A stretch of 64,000 nt of DNA, from the IMG/VR virus record IMGVR_UViG_3300009785_000018, one strand, 5' to 3'. The translations under genes were made by a program, and so were the position numbers. Within the stretch, counting starts at the first letter, position 1. Each line of letters opens with the position of its first letter. Positions 26,596 through 36,599 of this stretch are shown in pieces. The notes beneath the pieces were generated by a model, which had not been told where the DNA came from, made no database searches, and was given only the letters and a program-made list of their open reading frames with translations. The DNA is from an uncultured virus (IMG/VR IMGVR_UViG_3300009785_000018) (Duplodnaviria; Heunggongvirae; Uroviricota; Caudoviricetes).

Positions 26596-27863
26596 TTATT
26601 ATAATACTCCTTCATTTTAGTAATTCCATTTTCTAAACTATACTTGGCAGACCAGTTGTCAAGCATTTTTGTTTTATCAGCACAAGTATAAAACTGATAC
26701 TGATCCTTTATAGGGTTATCTACATATTCCACTTCAGCACCTAGGCAACCCGCAATGTCCTCAAAGCTTCTTGGGGAGGAGCAACCTACATCAAACACTC
26801 CAGATTGATTGCTTTCAAAAGCGTGGATATTAGCTGATACCACATCATCTGCGAATATAAAGTCCCTGACAGGATTACCAGTGAATAACTCAATCTTGCT
26901 ATTTTTAAGATTCTGATATGCAAGAGAAGTCATTTTAATATTTTTATTATGCTCTCCAATACCGTAAACATTGAAGTAGCGCAATGCCGTAAACCTCCAA
27001 TTATTAGGTGAAAGGCTTTTGTTAGCTTTTTCAATTCCATACTTTTCGCTTGCCCACTTACTCCAAGCGTAAAGATTAAGAGGTATATCATTACCAGAGC
27101 CATAAAGAGACGCTGAAGAAGAAAATATCAAAGGTATATTATTTTCATAGCATTCGTCGATAAGATGATTGGTGAACAAACAATTATATTTAAAATATTC
27201 TTGACTGTTATTTGAAGTAGTATCCGTTTCAGCTCCAAAATGAAAAACCGCATCGATGTCTGAAAATTTATAAGTTTTTTGATTTTTACAATCGAACCAA
27301 GACAAGGATTTAAAATTACTGGACTTTTCTAATAAACTATCTGTGTCTGATTTGTCTAAATTAAAAATTCTATATTTATCTTTATTGAGTTCTAGAAATC
27401 TGGAGCCGATAAACCCTTCCGATCCAGTTACTAGTATTGTTTTCAATTTTTTATTTTCTTTTTCTTTGGTTTCTGAAATTAATTTCTCCCAAGTTTTGAT
27501 GTCATTGGGACCGCTTGGGAAAAGTCTTTTTGACTCTTCGTCTGGAGTTGAAAACTCAATAATTTCACTATCGGCAAGTCCATAGAATGTATGCCAAGAT
27601 TCGCGTGGTATTTCAATGCAATCGCCCTTAACCAAGTCAAAGAAAACCATCTCACCAATCCCTTTTTGTCCCAGTAGACGCTTCTCCAAAGCTAACCTTA
27701 CATTGCCGCTTTGAATTAAAAAGTGTTCACGCTTCCAATGAGAATGAAGGCTACAATGGCAACCCTTTTTTAAAACCAAAGTCTTTCCACAATAATTAAT
27801 ATTGTTAGTCCAATGGATTTCACCACCCCAATTTTTATTTACTATTTTTGGTTTTTTAATCAT
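26592..27863 (-). CDS. cupin + ADP-L-glycero-D-manno-heptose-6-epimerase (HldD/RfaD-like) fusion
   Basis: N-terminal K.WG.E...SLHSH...E...H cupin; TGSEGFIG, H.GA.T.TT, SSASLYG, PLNLYAWSK, RYFNVYG, RDF, YQFYTCAD. Confidence 0.85.
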   Translation of the reverse strand: MIKKPKIVNKNWGGEIHWTNNINYCGKTLVLKKGCHCSLHSHWKREHFLIQSGNVRLALEKRLLGQKGIGEMVFFDLVKGDCIEIPRESWHTFYGLADSEIIEFSTPDEESKRLFPSGPNDIKTWEKLISETKEKENKKLKTILVTGSEGFIGSRFLELNKDKYRIFNLDKSDTDSLLEKSSNFKSLSWFDCKNQKTYKFSDIDAVFHFGAETDTTSNNSQEYFKYNCLFTNHLIDECYENNIPLIFSSSASLYGSGNDIPLNLYAWSKWASEKYGIEKANKSLSPNNWRFTALRYFNVYGIGEHNKNIKMTSLAYQNLKNSKIELFTGNPVRDFIFADDVVSANIHAFESNQSGVFDVGCSSPRSFEDIAGCLGAEVEYVDNPIKDQYQFYTCADKTKMLDNWSAKYSLENGITKMKEYYNK

Positions 27864-28025
27864 GTAATTTAATGTTATATCCGAGCAGAAATCGACCACA
27901 AACTTCTACTTTCAATTCTCTGTCTTCGTCTTTATGTTTGAAGATTACTTTACCTTCTTCATAATCTTTTAATGTTTTTTCGCGAATATAATACATTATA
28001 TTCGGTTTTAATGATATGACTTTGC

Positions 28026-28559
28026 TCATATTTGAATCAAAAATTTCTCCAGTTGAATTATTCTTTTTTTTGCTATTGCGTCACCGTCTTCACATCCCTT
28101 TAGTTCTTGCCAATGATAATAATGTCCACCACGCTTAATCCATTCTTCTTTGTGTCGGAGATCATCGTCTATAAGTATGCTATTAGAGCTAGAGCATACC
28201 CACTTATCTTGAGTTGTCAAGATAGTTTTGTATTCCATCTCTGGAAAATATTTTAAAATCCAATCTATTTTACCTCCCATGCAACCAGAATTAGGACGAG
28301 CTTTAGACAAAAATCTAGTATCTCCATATCTTTGACACAATTCAACTAAACTTCTAGACCAAGAGTAAGCATCTAGATTCGTCCAAAAATCATACGATTC
28401 CATAACGGTATCTAATCGATCACGATTTTTGCCCTCGTAAGTCCAAGGAGCACCCTTTTCTGGCAAATTTACTGGAGTGTCTTTGAGATTAAATATTTTG
28501 GAAACGTCCTTAGTAAAATCTGCACAAACTCCATCTAAATCAAGGTAAATTAGTTTCAT
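28026..28559 (-). CDS. HAD-family phosphatase (5'(3')-deoxyribonucleotidase-like)
   Basis: YLDLDGV, GK..W, ILIDDD. Confidence 0.8.
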   Translation of the reverse strand: MKLIYLDLDGVCADFTKDVSKIFNLKDTPVNLPEKGAPWTYEGKNRDRLDTVMESYDFWTNLDAYSWSRSLVELCQRYGDTRFLSKARPNSGCMGGKIDWILKYFPEMEYKTILTTQDKWVCSSSNSILIDDDLRHKEEWIKRGGHYYHWQELKGCEDGDAIAKKRIIQLEKFLIQI

Positions 28560-28974
28560 TAATTATATTTGTTGTTGATATATCGTTTATACGATCTATG
28601 ATTTGAACTTCGCCTCCCCATTCTTTGCATTCGGGATATCCAACTACACGATCTAAAGTATAATCATCTCCTACGAAAATGCTATGGGGCTCAATTGTTT
28701 TAATTATTTGTATTGGAGAATCTTCGTCGAAAATTACTACCTCGTCAAGTCCTAATTTTAATAGTCGATTCTTTCTTTCATCTTGATGGCAGATTGGATC
28801 CCTCTTGTGTCTTCTTATATAGTCGTCAGAGTTTAGGGCAATAACTTGGTAATTAGAAGCTTCTACCATTTTATTTATTAAATATTTATGGCCATCATGC
28901 AAGTAGTCACCATCAAAACAGCCAGCACAAAAAGATATGTTAATCTCTTTGATATCAAATTTGCTCGATTTCAT
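28540..28974 (-). CDS. heptose-1-phosphate adenylyltransferase (HldC / RfaE domain II-like)
   Basis: GCFD..LHDGH, LNSD, F.EDSP, GDDY, STT.I. Confidence 0.8.
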   Translation of the reverse strand: MKSSKFDIKEINISFCAGCFDGDYLHDGHKYLINKMVEASNYQVIALNSDDYIRRHKRDPICHQDERKNRLLKLGLDEVVIFDEDSPIQIIKTIEPHSIFVGDDYTLDRVVGYPECKEWGGEVQIIDRINDISTTNIINETNLP

Positions 28975-29006
28975 TTTATTTTTACCAGAGTTACGATTGT
29001 TTAGTG

Positions 29007-29774
29007 TTAAATAATGTCTTCTTTTTTAACAGACACCACACCCTTTTTACTTACCGATACTCTAGCACATTTATTAGCAAAGTCAAGACTTTTTTCTATA
29101 TTTTTAGAATCCAAGTATTTTGTAATAAATCCAGAGAAAAATGAATCTCCAGCCCCCACAAAATCCGCAACCTCAATGGGATCAACCATAAAGTTTTTAT
29201 TTTTGTTTATCCAGCTAACTCCTTCGGAACCTTTTGTAACGAAGATATTAGCACTTCCTTCGTATTTTGAATTAAAATTCTCAAGCCATTCTTTGTCATT
29301 TATTTTTATAAAATCCACAAACTCACACCAGTCTCCCTTCTTATCTTTGGTATCAATAAAAATCAGTCCCTCGTATTTTTTTCTGATATCCCTTATTAAG
29401 TCAGGGGTTACAAATCCTTTTGAGTAACTAGAAATTACTACTGCTTCAAATCTAGATAATCTTACCCCTCTTTTAGACAGAGTTTTCTCAAGCTCTTTAA
29501 TTTTTAGATTTTCGCATTCATCATTTTCATCATACCTCATAATATGTTGATTGCCAACAATATATCGAGTTTTAGTTATTTCTTTTTTTTGATGAATTCC
29601 GATAACACCCTTATTTTTTAGGGATTTTAAATTTTGGACAACATTTCCAGCACCCCCGGAATTTAAAACTTTATTCTCAGGTGTCAATACTGGACAGCAA
29701 GCTTCTGGAGATAACCTTTTTGAGTTACAATAAATAAATATATCTGTAATATTTTCTCCTATGACCAGAATCAT
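29007..29774 (-). CDS. heptose-7-phosphate kinase (HldA / RfaE domain I-like, PfkB family)
   Basis: RLSPEA..PV, GGAGNV..NL, KTR, SSYSKG, D.VGAGD. Confidence 0.85.
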   Translation of the reverse strand: MILVIGENITDIFIYCNSKRLSPEACCPVLTPENKVLNSGGAGNVVQNLKSLKNKGVIGIHQKKEITKTRYIVGNQHIMRYDENDECENLKIKELEKTLSKRGVRLSRFEAVVISSYSKGFVTPDLIRDIRKKYEGLIFIDTKDKKGDWCEFVDFIKINDKEWLENFNSKYEGSANIFVTKGSEGVSWINKNKNFMVDPIEVADFVGAGDSFFSGFITKYLDSKNIEKSLDFANKCARVSVSKKGVVSVKKEDII

Positions 29775-29794
29775 AAAGTAATGATCAAATATAA

Positions 29795-30148
29795 TTATTT
29801 AAAATCAACCCTAATTAGCTTCCCGTAATAACTTTCTTCATTAAGATTATACCTGTCGATGTTTTTATTATTATCCCCTTTCACTACCCACTCTTTAGGA
29901 GAAGAGCTTCTCACGATTCTATGTAGAATGCCATTAATAATTCCATATTTAGGTTCATAATAGGCCACTACATCGCCAACTTTAAGATCTTCATATTCAA
30001 ATGAGCGGTCTAAGTAAATGATGTCACCCCCAGAAAGTGCTGGTTCCATACTTCCAGTGTCTGGCAGTTCATAAAAAAATATATTTTTAGGAGATTTTTC
30101 TTTTGTGGCACAGCCAGTTAAGAGTAAGATTATAAATAAAATCCTCAT
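29795..30148 (-). CDS. S26 (SipW/ER-type) signal peptidase-like lipoprotein
   Basis: Lipobox LLTGC; TGSMEPAL..GD, HRIV, KGDNN..D. Confidence 0.8.
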   Translation of the reverse strand: MRILFIILLLTGCATKEKSPKNIFFYELPDTGSMEPALSGGDIIYLDRSFEYEDLKVGDVVAYYEPKYGIINGILHRIVRSSSPKEWVVKGDNNKNIDRYNLNEESYYGKLIRVDFK

Positions 30149-30184
30149 ACATAATATTACAGATTTTACGCCTAAAGGAGAATA

Positions 30185-31216
30185 TTAAACAGATTTAAAT
30201 GCGGGGCAACCATCATGTTGCTCTTCTGTAATATAATATTTTCCGACTTCTTCTAGATTTTCTAAATTTTTGCTAGATTTTACAATATTTCCATCGATAT
30301 CTCTTTGCGAATAATAGGTAAATGCAAATTTATATGGGCAACAATAATAGGGTTTACCTCTTTTATCCTTGTCCTTGTGAGTCTCTGGGTAAGAATGTCC
30401 CTCATACTGAGCATATCCGCACATAACCTTCCCCTCGAATCCGCCATCTTTAATATATCCCTTTTCTGCCGCGAGATTTTCTGATGCCTTGTTTTTATCA
30501 AAGTCTTTTAAATGAGAATACAAATCTGACAAGTAATGCTCAAATCCTTCTAACTCTTTTTTAGAAATATTCTCAATACGGTCTATCGGGTCGTCTGGGA
30601 AACGAGCGAAAACAAAGTCTACAGTAGCGTCTTTCGCCTTTAAACCCCTGATGCAGTATAAAATATAACACAAAGCTTGGATTTCCATTTCCAAATCTTT
30701 TTTAGATTTTTTAGACTGACTAGACTTGTAGTCTAAAATCTTGTAGACCCCATCTCTACTAGTTGGCTTATCAATCAAGCCTCGAATTACGTATTCTGGC
30801 TCCTCGCTCCTAAGAGTAAATTTAACCTCAAGATTGTCATAGTCTATATCCCAGCCTTCGCAATAAAAGTCATTCGACAAAACAACATATAACATGTCGC
30901 AAATCATTTCAAAATTATTATTACCCTTGTGGTCAAACTCATCCCTTAAACCTTCTTGGTATCCTTTGATCTTTAAATATCTAATAAGAGCGGGATCGCT
31001 TGATATGCTACCGCTATCAATAATTTTCTGAACTCTTTTTTTGTATTTTTCTTTAATTAATAGCTCACACGCCTCATGAAGAACGCTTCCTCTCATATTG
31101 CCAAAGTTCTTGCCACTGTCCAACATGAGAGTATTCTCCATATAATATACATATGAGCACTTTACGTAACTCATTATACGGCTAGGGGAAAGGGCAAATT
31201 CTTTTTTATTACTCAT
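30185..31216 (-). CDS. PD-(D/E)XK exonuclease (RecB/AddB/Cas4-like)
   Basis: LSPS, RG...H, RGLID, LDYKS, Q...Y; N- and C-terminal Cys. Confidence 0.85.
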   Translation of the reverse strand: MSNKKEFALSPSRIMSYVKCSYVYYMENTLMLDSGKNFGNMRGSVLHEACELLIKEKYKKRVQKIIDSGSISSDPALIRYLKIKGYQEGLRDEFDHKGNNNFEMICDMLYVVLSNDFYCEGWDIDYDNLEVKFTLRSEEPEYVIRGLIDKPTSRDGVYKILDYKSSQSKKSKKDLEMEIQALCYILYCIRGLKAKDATVDFVFARFPDDPIDRIENISKKELEGFEHYLSDLYSHLKDFDKNKASENLAAEKGYIKDGGFEGKVMCGYAQYEGHSYPETHKDKDKRGKPYYCCPYKFAFTYYSQRDIDGNIVKSSKNLENLEEVGKYYITEEQHDGCPAFKSV

Positions 31217-31218
31217 GA

Positions 31219-31710
31219 TTATTTAATTAATCTTTGATATTTTTCCTGAAGTTTAATTAGCTTATCAAAACCTCTTTTTGATCCGCAAACCCAATCTTTT
31301 AGATCATCTTCCTTGGATTTTTCAAACGTATCAAAAAATTCTTTCACCGCATCTAAAATTGTATCTTCGCGTGGAGCGTCAATAAATGTAAGTTTTTTAT
31401 TTACAATACCACACTTTTTTTTAACAGTATGATTATTCTTGGAGTTTCCATCATCGATAATTAAAATACAGTCAGAAGCTTTAATAATTAAGTCGTTAGC
31501 TTTTAAAGCATTTAAATTTTTGCCAATCGGATAGGACAACATTGGAATATTCTTTTCATGAGAATATTTCTCTGGTAATCTTTGACCAGAGTTATTAGAA
31601 ATGATTAATCCTATTTCCTCAACCTTTTTATTTAAGATTCCTTCGATGAAGGGATAATTTTTAAAAGAAGAAGAGCAGAAGATTCCTAATTTAATTTTAT
31701 CTTTTTCCAT
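31219..31710 (-). CDS. SLOG/DUF2493-like protein
   Basis: S..F.NY..I...L; N..I...D..L...DG.S. Confidence 0.55.
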   Translation of the reverse strand: MEKDKIKLGIFCSSSFKNYPFIEGILNKKVEEIGLIISNNSGQRLPEKYSHEKNIPMLSYPIGKNLNALKANDLIIKASDCILIIDDGNSKNNHTVKKKCGIVNKKLTFIDAPREDTILDAVKEFFDTFEKSKEDDLKDWVCGSKRGFDKLIKLQEKYQRLIK

Positions 31711-31954
31711 GATAAATTAATATATAAGGCACTAAAACTGGAATAAAAAACAAAGAGGCAATCGCTCTTAACTGTCGATAGGGAATTTTTTGTAAATATG
31801 ATTCAGTTATGCTTAGCATATAATCACGCTCTATACCCCTTAAATTGGAGCATGAGATCCTTAATAATATATAATTCCTATATCTTTGCTCCGATATACA
31901 AAAAAGAATGCCGATTCCTATATAAGTTACTATTATGTTAATTACTATAGCCAT
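31697..31954 (-). CDS. membrane protein
   Basis: Two hydrophobic segments. Confidence 0.6.
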   Translation of the reverse strand: MAIVINIIVTYIGIGILFCISEQRYRNYILLRISCSNLRGIERDYMLSITESYLQKIPYRQLRAIASLFFIPVLVPYILIYHGKR

Positions 31955-31966
31955 TTTTAGTTTTGA

Positions 31967-32956
31967 TTAAAAGGTTTTTCCTATCTTAATCTCCTGTTGT
32001 GTCATTTTTTTATTGTTATTTCTTAATCTTTTGAATTTTTCTCTAAACTCAAGTATAGCAGAATCCTCATTTTTGTCAACCCAACTTTGAATATCTTTTT
32101 TATTATCCGACAAATCATTTCCTGTCGGATACTTAATACATAGCTTTTCAATATCAAAGTGTTGTGCCAATTTTGCAAAGTTTTTAACAGCGGCATTTTG
32201 ACCCGCAAAATTATCATCTCTATTATAAGATATAGTAATTTTATCTGGGTTTACTCCTATAAGAAAACTCATCAGTGTTTTAGAAATGTTCAAGCCGATT
32301 GTCGGCAATACGAATTTAACTCCCTCATCATAACAAGCGACCGAATCAGATGGCCCTTCGACAAGAATAACTTCGTTAGATTCTAAAATGCTAGATAGTA
32401 TGGGCATAGAGTTGCCAAGCTTATTAAATAAACCAAAAAGAAAATAAGAACTTTTTCCCTCATGTTTGTATTTGATTTTAGCTTCGCCACTTAAATCTCT
32501 CCCTGTAAACCCAACAATTCTTTGATGGCGGTCGAAAACTGGCCATACGTAACGCTGATACAATTTACCACTATGAGACACTCCGCCTTGGAAAAAGTCT
32601 AGAGTTTCTTTGGATACCCCTCTGTCTAACCAGTAAGTATGGTTTGGCAAAAAATGCAAAAGAGAATCTTTTTTCCAGAAAGTTTTTTCTTTCTCATCAG
32701 TCTGCTCAAAAATTGGTTGTAAGTTTTCAAGATCTTTCTTTGAAAGTTCTTTGCCTCCGAGTTTTTTAATTAAAACATCTAACGGAAATTTTTCATCCTG
32801 ACTCCAATCAATAACCCAACCAGTTTTCAGATTGATCGAAGCTCCCATCGGATTTTTAGAGTTTCGATAGGAAGGACAAAACTGAGCAAACCCAGAATCG
32901 TTTTCACTAGTTATTTTTACTCCATTATCTCTTAGAATTTGCTTAACGTTTGACAT
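31967..32956 (-). CDS. DNA primase (DnaG-type TOPRIM)
   Basis: IVGFTGR, KY, VILVEGPSD, D.AG. Confidence 0.9.
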   Translation of the reverse strand: MSNVKQILRDNGVKITSENDSGFAQFCPSYRNSKNPMGASINLKTGWVIDWSQDEKFPLDVLIKKLGGKELSKKDLENLQPIFEQTDEKEKTFWKKDSLLHFLPNHTYWLDRGVSKETLDFFQGGVSHSGKLYQRYVWPVFDRHQRIVGFTGRDLSGEAKIKYKHEGKSSYFLFGLFNKLGNSMPILSSILESNEVILVEGPSDSVACYDEGVKFVLPTIGLNISKTLMSFLIGVNPDKITISYNRDDNFAGQNAAVKNFAKLAQHFDIEKLCIKYPTGNDLSDNKKDIQSWVDKNEDSAILEFREKFKRLRNNNKKMTQQEIKIGKTF

Positions 32957-32968
32957 GACGATTTTTAA

Positions 32969-34447
32969 TTATGGTATTTGCCGTCTATTGTTGTTGCCGT
33001 TATTAGATGCAACTAGACTTAGGTAATCTTGAACTGCTCTACCATCGTCCTTGTCATTAAATCTAAAGTTAGAGAAATCAAGGTTAATCCAGTTTCTTAA
33101 ATACTTTCCCTCGATCTTGACTGGATTCTCAAAGTTTTGACCATCCCTACCAAGCTTTCTGAATTTTGTAGGTATCAACATGTGGGTGCCGAATTCATCT
33201 GCTGGCTGTTCTGCGAGCTCAGCCATAGATTTCTTTTTAATCAGACCAGTCCAAGTGGAAAGCTGTTGAATATAGTCTGACTCTGCGATAGAACTATCAT
33301 CATCTTCCCCATATCTGTTTCTTTGAGCTCCAAACAGAAAAGTGCAATTAGAGTTATCTTTGATTTCATCCTTAAGCATATCAAGCTTATAGCCCATTTC
33401 AAGTCTTGGATTTGATGCACCCTTAAGTTCTTCTCCAGTGATTTTTAGATAATCAAAAACTACAATTCCTACGTTATCTCGACCACAGGTTTTTCTAACC
33501 CATCGACGAAAAATCGAACGAATTTCCATAGCCGAAAGACCAGGAACGTAAACGTGGTGGAAGTTATCAGTAGAAGACTTATCTTTAAGTACGGTTCTAA
33601 TTTTTTCTACACAATCTTTGTTTTTTCTCCAGTCTCCACTTTCGACTAAAAATGGGTCAATATCAGCTACCATTGCCGCCCAACGAAGTGTTTGCTCTTT
33701 CGCATCCATTTCAGTATCTAAATATAGAACTGGTAATCTTTTGCCATCAATAAAGTTGTCTTCGACTTCATTCGCACAAAACTGAGCAAGGGAAAGTAGA
33801 ACGCCAGATTTGCCGTGTGAGGGTCTTCCTGCTATACAATATGAGTCCTTGGGTCGAAAGCCAGAGAAAGCGGCGTTAAAGGTAGGCCAAGGCGTCTTAA
33901 TGACGTATTCACCATCGTTATTGCCAAGCTCTTCTACGATTTCATATGCACTTTGAGCAATATTGACTGGCTCGTGCTTGTCGAGGATAATATCGTTACC
34001 ATCAGCGAAGATTTCTTCCGCTCCATTTGCAAAGTCTGATAAATTTGTTCCTTCGAAATCTTGAGAAAATTTAGCAATATCTCTAGCATTAGCTATTTTA
34101 TTCCTGCGAATTCGTAGCATTATCAATTCCTGCGCCGCTTCAACGCTAGACTTAACATTTAAAGGAGAAATCAAAAGATTCTCTATGAAGTCTCCCACAT
34201 TCCCTTCACTAATTGTAATCCCTTGGGATTTGCAACGTGAAGATATGATCGCAGAATCTAAAGTTTTATTCTCTTCTAAAAGAAGCCTACAAACCTTAAA
34301 CAACATCTTAACTCCACTATTTGTGAAATCTTCTTCCTTTATAAAGTCGCAAATGTCAATCCAGACATCAACTCCATTGTGGATTAGTCCTCCTAAAAAT
34401 TTGCGCTCTAAACTTTGGTCACTCGGACCGCTTATGATTTTTGGCAT
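32969..34447 (-). CDS. dnaB: replicative DNA helicase (DnaB-like)
   Basis: AGRPSHGKS, LYLDTEM, VFDYL, AQRNR, IAESD. Confidence 0.9.
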   Translation of the reverse strand: MPKIISGPSDQSLERKFLGGLIHNGVDVWIDICDFIKEEDFTNSGVKMLFKVCRLLLEENKTLDSAIISSRCKSQGITISEGNVGDFIENLLISPLNVKSSVEAAQELIMLRIRRNKIANARDIAKFSQDFEGTNLSDFANGAEEIFADGNDIILDKHEPVNIAQSAYEIVEELGNNDGEYVIKTPWPTFNAAFSGFRPKDSYCIAGRPSHGKSGVLLSLAQFCANEVEDNFIDGKRLPVLYLDTEMDAKEQTLRWAAMVADIDPFLVESGDWRKNKDCVEKIRTVLKDKSSTDNFHHVYVPGLSAMEIRSIFRRWVRKTCGRDNVGIVVFDYLKITGEELKGASNPRLEMGYKLDMLKDEIKDNSNCTFLFGAQRNRYGEDDDSSIAESDYIQQLSTWTGLIKKKSMAELAEQPADEFGTHMLIPTKFRKLGRDGQNFENPVKIEGKYLRNWINLDFSNFRFNDKDDGRAVQDYLSLVASNNGNNNRRQIP

Positions 34448-34453
34448 ATGGTA

Positions 34454-34481
34454 ATTCTATAGTAGTTTTGTTACTAGTCAA
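34454..34481 (-). promoter_or_regulatory. sigma70-type promoter (leaderless type) for dnaB
   Basis: TTGACT-16 nt-TAGAAT-6 nt-ATG(34447). Confidence 0.8.
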
Positions 34482-34539
34482 GTACAATTAATATATATGA
34501 TCACAAAATAAATTTCGCTATCATACCTAGGTCAACAAA

Positions 34540-34568
34540 TAGACTATGCGGATCGGACGCATAGTCTA
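34540..34568 (-). terminator. hairpin / probable intrinsic terminator
   Basis: Perfect 11-bp stem TAGACTATGCG/CGCATAGTCTA followed by TTTGTT. Confidence 0.65.
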
Positions 34569-34591
34569 AATGATAAGTTCATTTTGAATAG

Positions 34592-35887
34592 CTAAACTAC
34601 GTTATAGTAATAGTTTGCTACCTCTCCATAAACTGGATCATATAAAAAGCCCATAGCGGATCTTCTATTTCCACAGAATCCTTTAACCTTATGCCATGCG
34701 TCACTAGCACAGAGAGACGGAAGAATTTTCACTGTAACCCCTTTATTTTCAACTACTCTTGTCTGATGAAGATGTCCCAAATGTGCTGTTCTAAACTTGC
34801 ATTGTGAAAAGCTTGGATGCTCAGTAGCCATCAACAATGGAAGTTCGCTTTGCTTTTCTTCATTTCCGTGAGTAAACAAAATAAGGTTTTCTCCAAATTC
34901 AACATACTTTCTAGACTTGGGACTATTATTTATGTTTACTGCTTCATTGCCTCTATACCAAGCTCTCAAGAATTCTCCAAGATAATAATCTCTCTCGAAA
35001 TCATGATTTCCTTGAACAATAACAATATCTACATTAACCTTTTTAGATAGTTCATCAACAACTTCTGAGATTAAATTACAACCAATGCTAAAAGACTTCT
35101 GCCATCTAGAGTCATCATCTTGTCGAGTGCCTGCAGTAGTGGCTCCAGAAAGACCCTCTGAATTGAAAAAGTCATTGCCGACTGGAAGAAGAACCTTACA
35201 TACTTCATCTAAATTTACTTTACTTAAGAGGTCTTTTACTGCCGATCTAAATAAATTAGCGGCGATATTAACATCGTAGTCCTGTCCAGATTCTGGTTCC
35301 CATCCGAGTTTAGCCAAATGCAGATCGGGTATGGAAATTTCATACATATATTTACCGCCAGCATTTCTTTTTTTAACTTTCGGAGAAATACTCTGCAATG
35401 ACTCGTTAAAATAATTTACGACCTCTTCTGCGTTTTTGACTTCACGTTTTTTTAGCCAAGCTTTAACTTGATAGAGTGGAGAATGGCGGAGCTCACCTAT
35501 ATTATCTTTAGCGGCAACCTCCCATTTATTAATTATATGTCTCTCGACCTCCCAATATTCTAAATCAACATTACACACTTCGAGCAAATCTTCCAAGGTT
35601 CTGACGTTCTCGTTTTTAGATTCCGCCGTTGCGTTGTTTTCGTCATTCTGGTCAAACCTTGTCCCGCCAGATTTAAAGCCATTGTCTTCAGATTTAAAAT
35701 CCTCTTGTCCGCGATTTGAGACTGGAATATATTCCTCTTCAAACTCATTGTTCCAAATATTTGTTGCCCTACTTCTTGCGGCAGTTTCTTTTAGACCAGT
35801 CCATTCCATGATTAGTCTAACTACTTCCATTTTTCCTGCTCCATCTCGGAACATAGAAACGCATTTTTCGATTAATTTTTTTTCCAT
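34592..35887 (-). CDS. calcineurin-like metallophosphoesterase with N-terminal extension
   Basis: PDLH, GND, GNHD, THG, GHLH. Confidence 0.85.
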   Translation of the reverse strand: MEKKLIEKCVSMFRDGAGKMEVVRLIMEWTGLKETAARSRATNIWNNEFEEEYIPVSNRGQEDFKSEDNGFKSGGTRFDQNDENNATAESKNENVRTLEDLLEVCNVDLEYWEVERHIINKWEVAAKDNIGELRHSPLYQVKAWLKKREVKNAEEVVNYFNESLQSISPKVKKRNAGGKYMYEISIPDLHLAKLGWEPESGQDYDVNIAANLFRSAVKDLLSKVNLDEVCKVLLPVGNDFFNSEGLSGATTAGTRQDDDSRWQKSFSIGCNLISEVVDELSKKVNVDIVIVQGNHDFERDYYLGEFLRAWYRGNEAVNINNSPKSRKYVEFGENLILFTHGNEEKQSELPLLMATEHPSFSQCKFRTAHLGHLHQTRVVENKGVTVKILPSLCASDAWHKVKGFCGNRRSAMGFLYDPVYGEVANYYYNVV

Positions 35888-35893
35888 AATTAG

Positions 35894-35900
35894 TATTACA
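35894..35900 (-). promoter_or_regulatory. putative phage late promoter TGTAATA (representative)
   Basis: Exactly 6 nt before start codon; same spacing at 20935, 30155, 41897, 42649, 45927. Confidence 0.65.
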
Positions 35901-35923
35901 CTTTGAGGGGGTTCTAGAGAAGC

Positions 35924-36118
35924 TTATCGATAGAATTCTAAAAGACTGTTTCTAAAAGATTTAGCACGATTTTTTATAGCTCCCCAAGGTCTGTCACAAG
36001 ATTCTGATTCCGATTTTCTGGTTTCTAAGTCTTTGTGGATATCTTCTAAGTAAGCAACGAAAACTTTCATTTCGTTTAAAAGAAGATTAACCTTTTTGAG
36101 CTTTTCTTTATTTTTCAT
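35924..36118 (-). CDS. hypothetical protein
   Basis: 64-aa ORF. Confidence 0.55.
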   Translation of the reverse strand: MKNKEKLKKVNLLLNEMKVFVAYLEDIHKDLETRKSESESCDRPWGAIKNRAKSFRNSLLEFYR

Positions 36119-36147
36119 AAGTTAATTTAACATGTTTTGTGGTAAAG

Positions 36148-36585
36148 TCAAGAAATAATTCCAAGTTTATATAATAATTCGTCATTTAGTTCGTCAGTTT
36201 CATAAATTCTAAACATATTGAAGCCATTAAGCTCTGCCCACTGCTCTTTCCAACTGTCATTACGTAATTGTTTGAAAAATTGATATTTATTTTTATGACA
36301 CCAGCTTTTTTTATTATGCTGTATCCCATCTACCTCAACACAAGTTCTTGTTGTGAAATTGATAAAGTCAATACTCCTACCCCTTTCGCTTCTGGTCGCA
36401 GGAATAACAAACTCTTCGTTTACTACATGTAATTCCCAATGCGGTCTTAAAAGTTGTTTTACGTCATACTGAAGCTTTCCGAAGTTTTTTTTGCCACCTC
36501 TTTTTACTTTTGTATCCCAGTCTATCGTATGCTCTCTTAGATCTCGATTTACCTTCCTTTTGGAGCCTATGATTTTGAATAACAT
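36148..36585 (-). CDS. DUF559/Vsr-like endonuclease
   Basis: EEF.IP, IDF, VEVDGIQH, D..K..W...N. Confidence 0.75.
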   Translation of the reverse strand: MLFKIIGSKRKVNRDLREHTIDWDTKVKRGGKKNFGKLQYDVKQLLRPHWELHVVNEEFVIPATRSERGRSIDFINFTTRTCVEVDGIQHNKKSWCHKNKYQFFKQLRNDSWKEQWAELNGFNMFRIYETDELNDELLYKLGIIS

Positions 36586-36599
36586 AATAAATTTAATTA

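Noticed and set aside
30185..31216. Cas4-like nuclease as part of a CRISPR system
   Set aside because: No repeat-spacer array or other cas genes seen; context is replication and recombination
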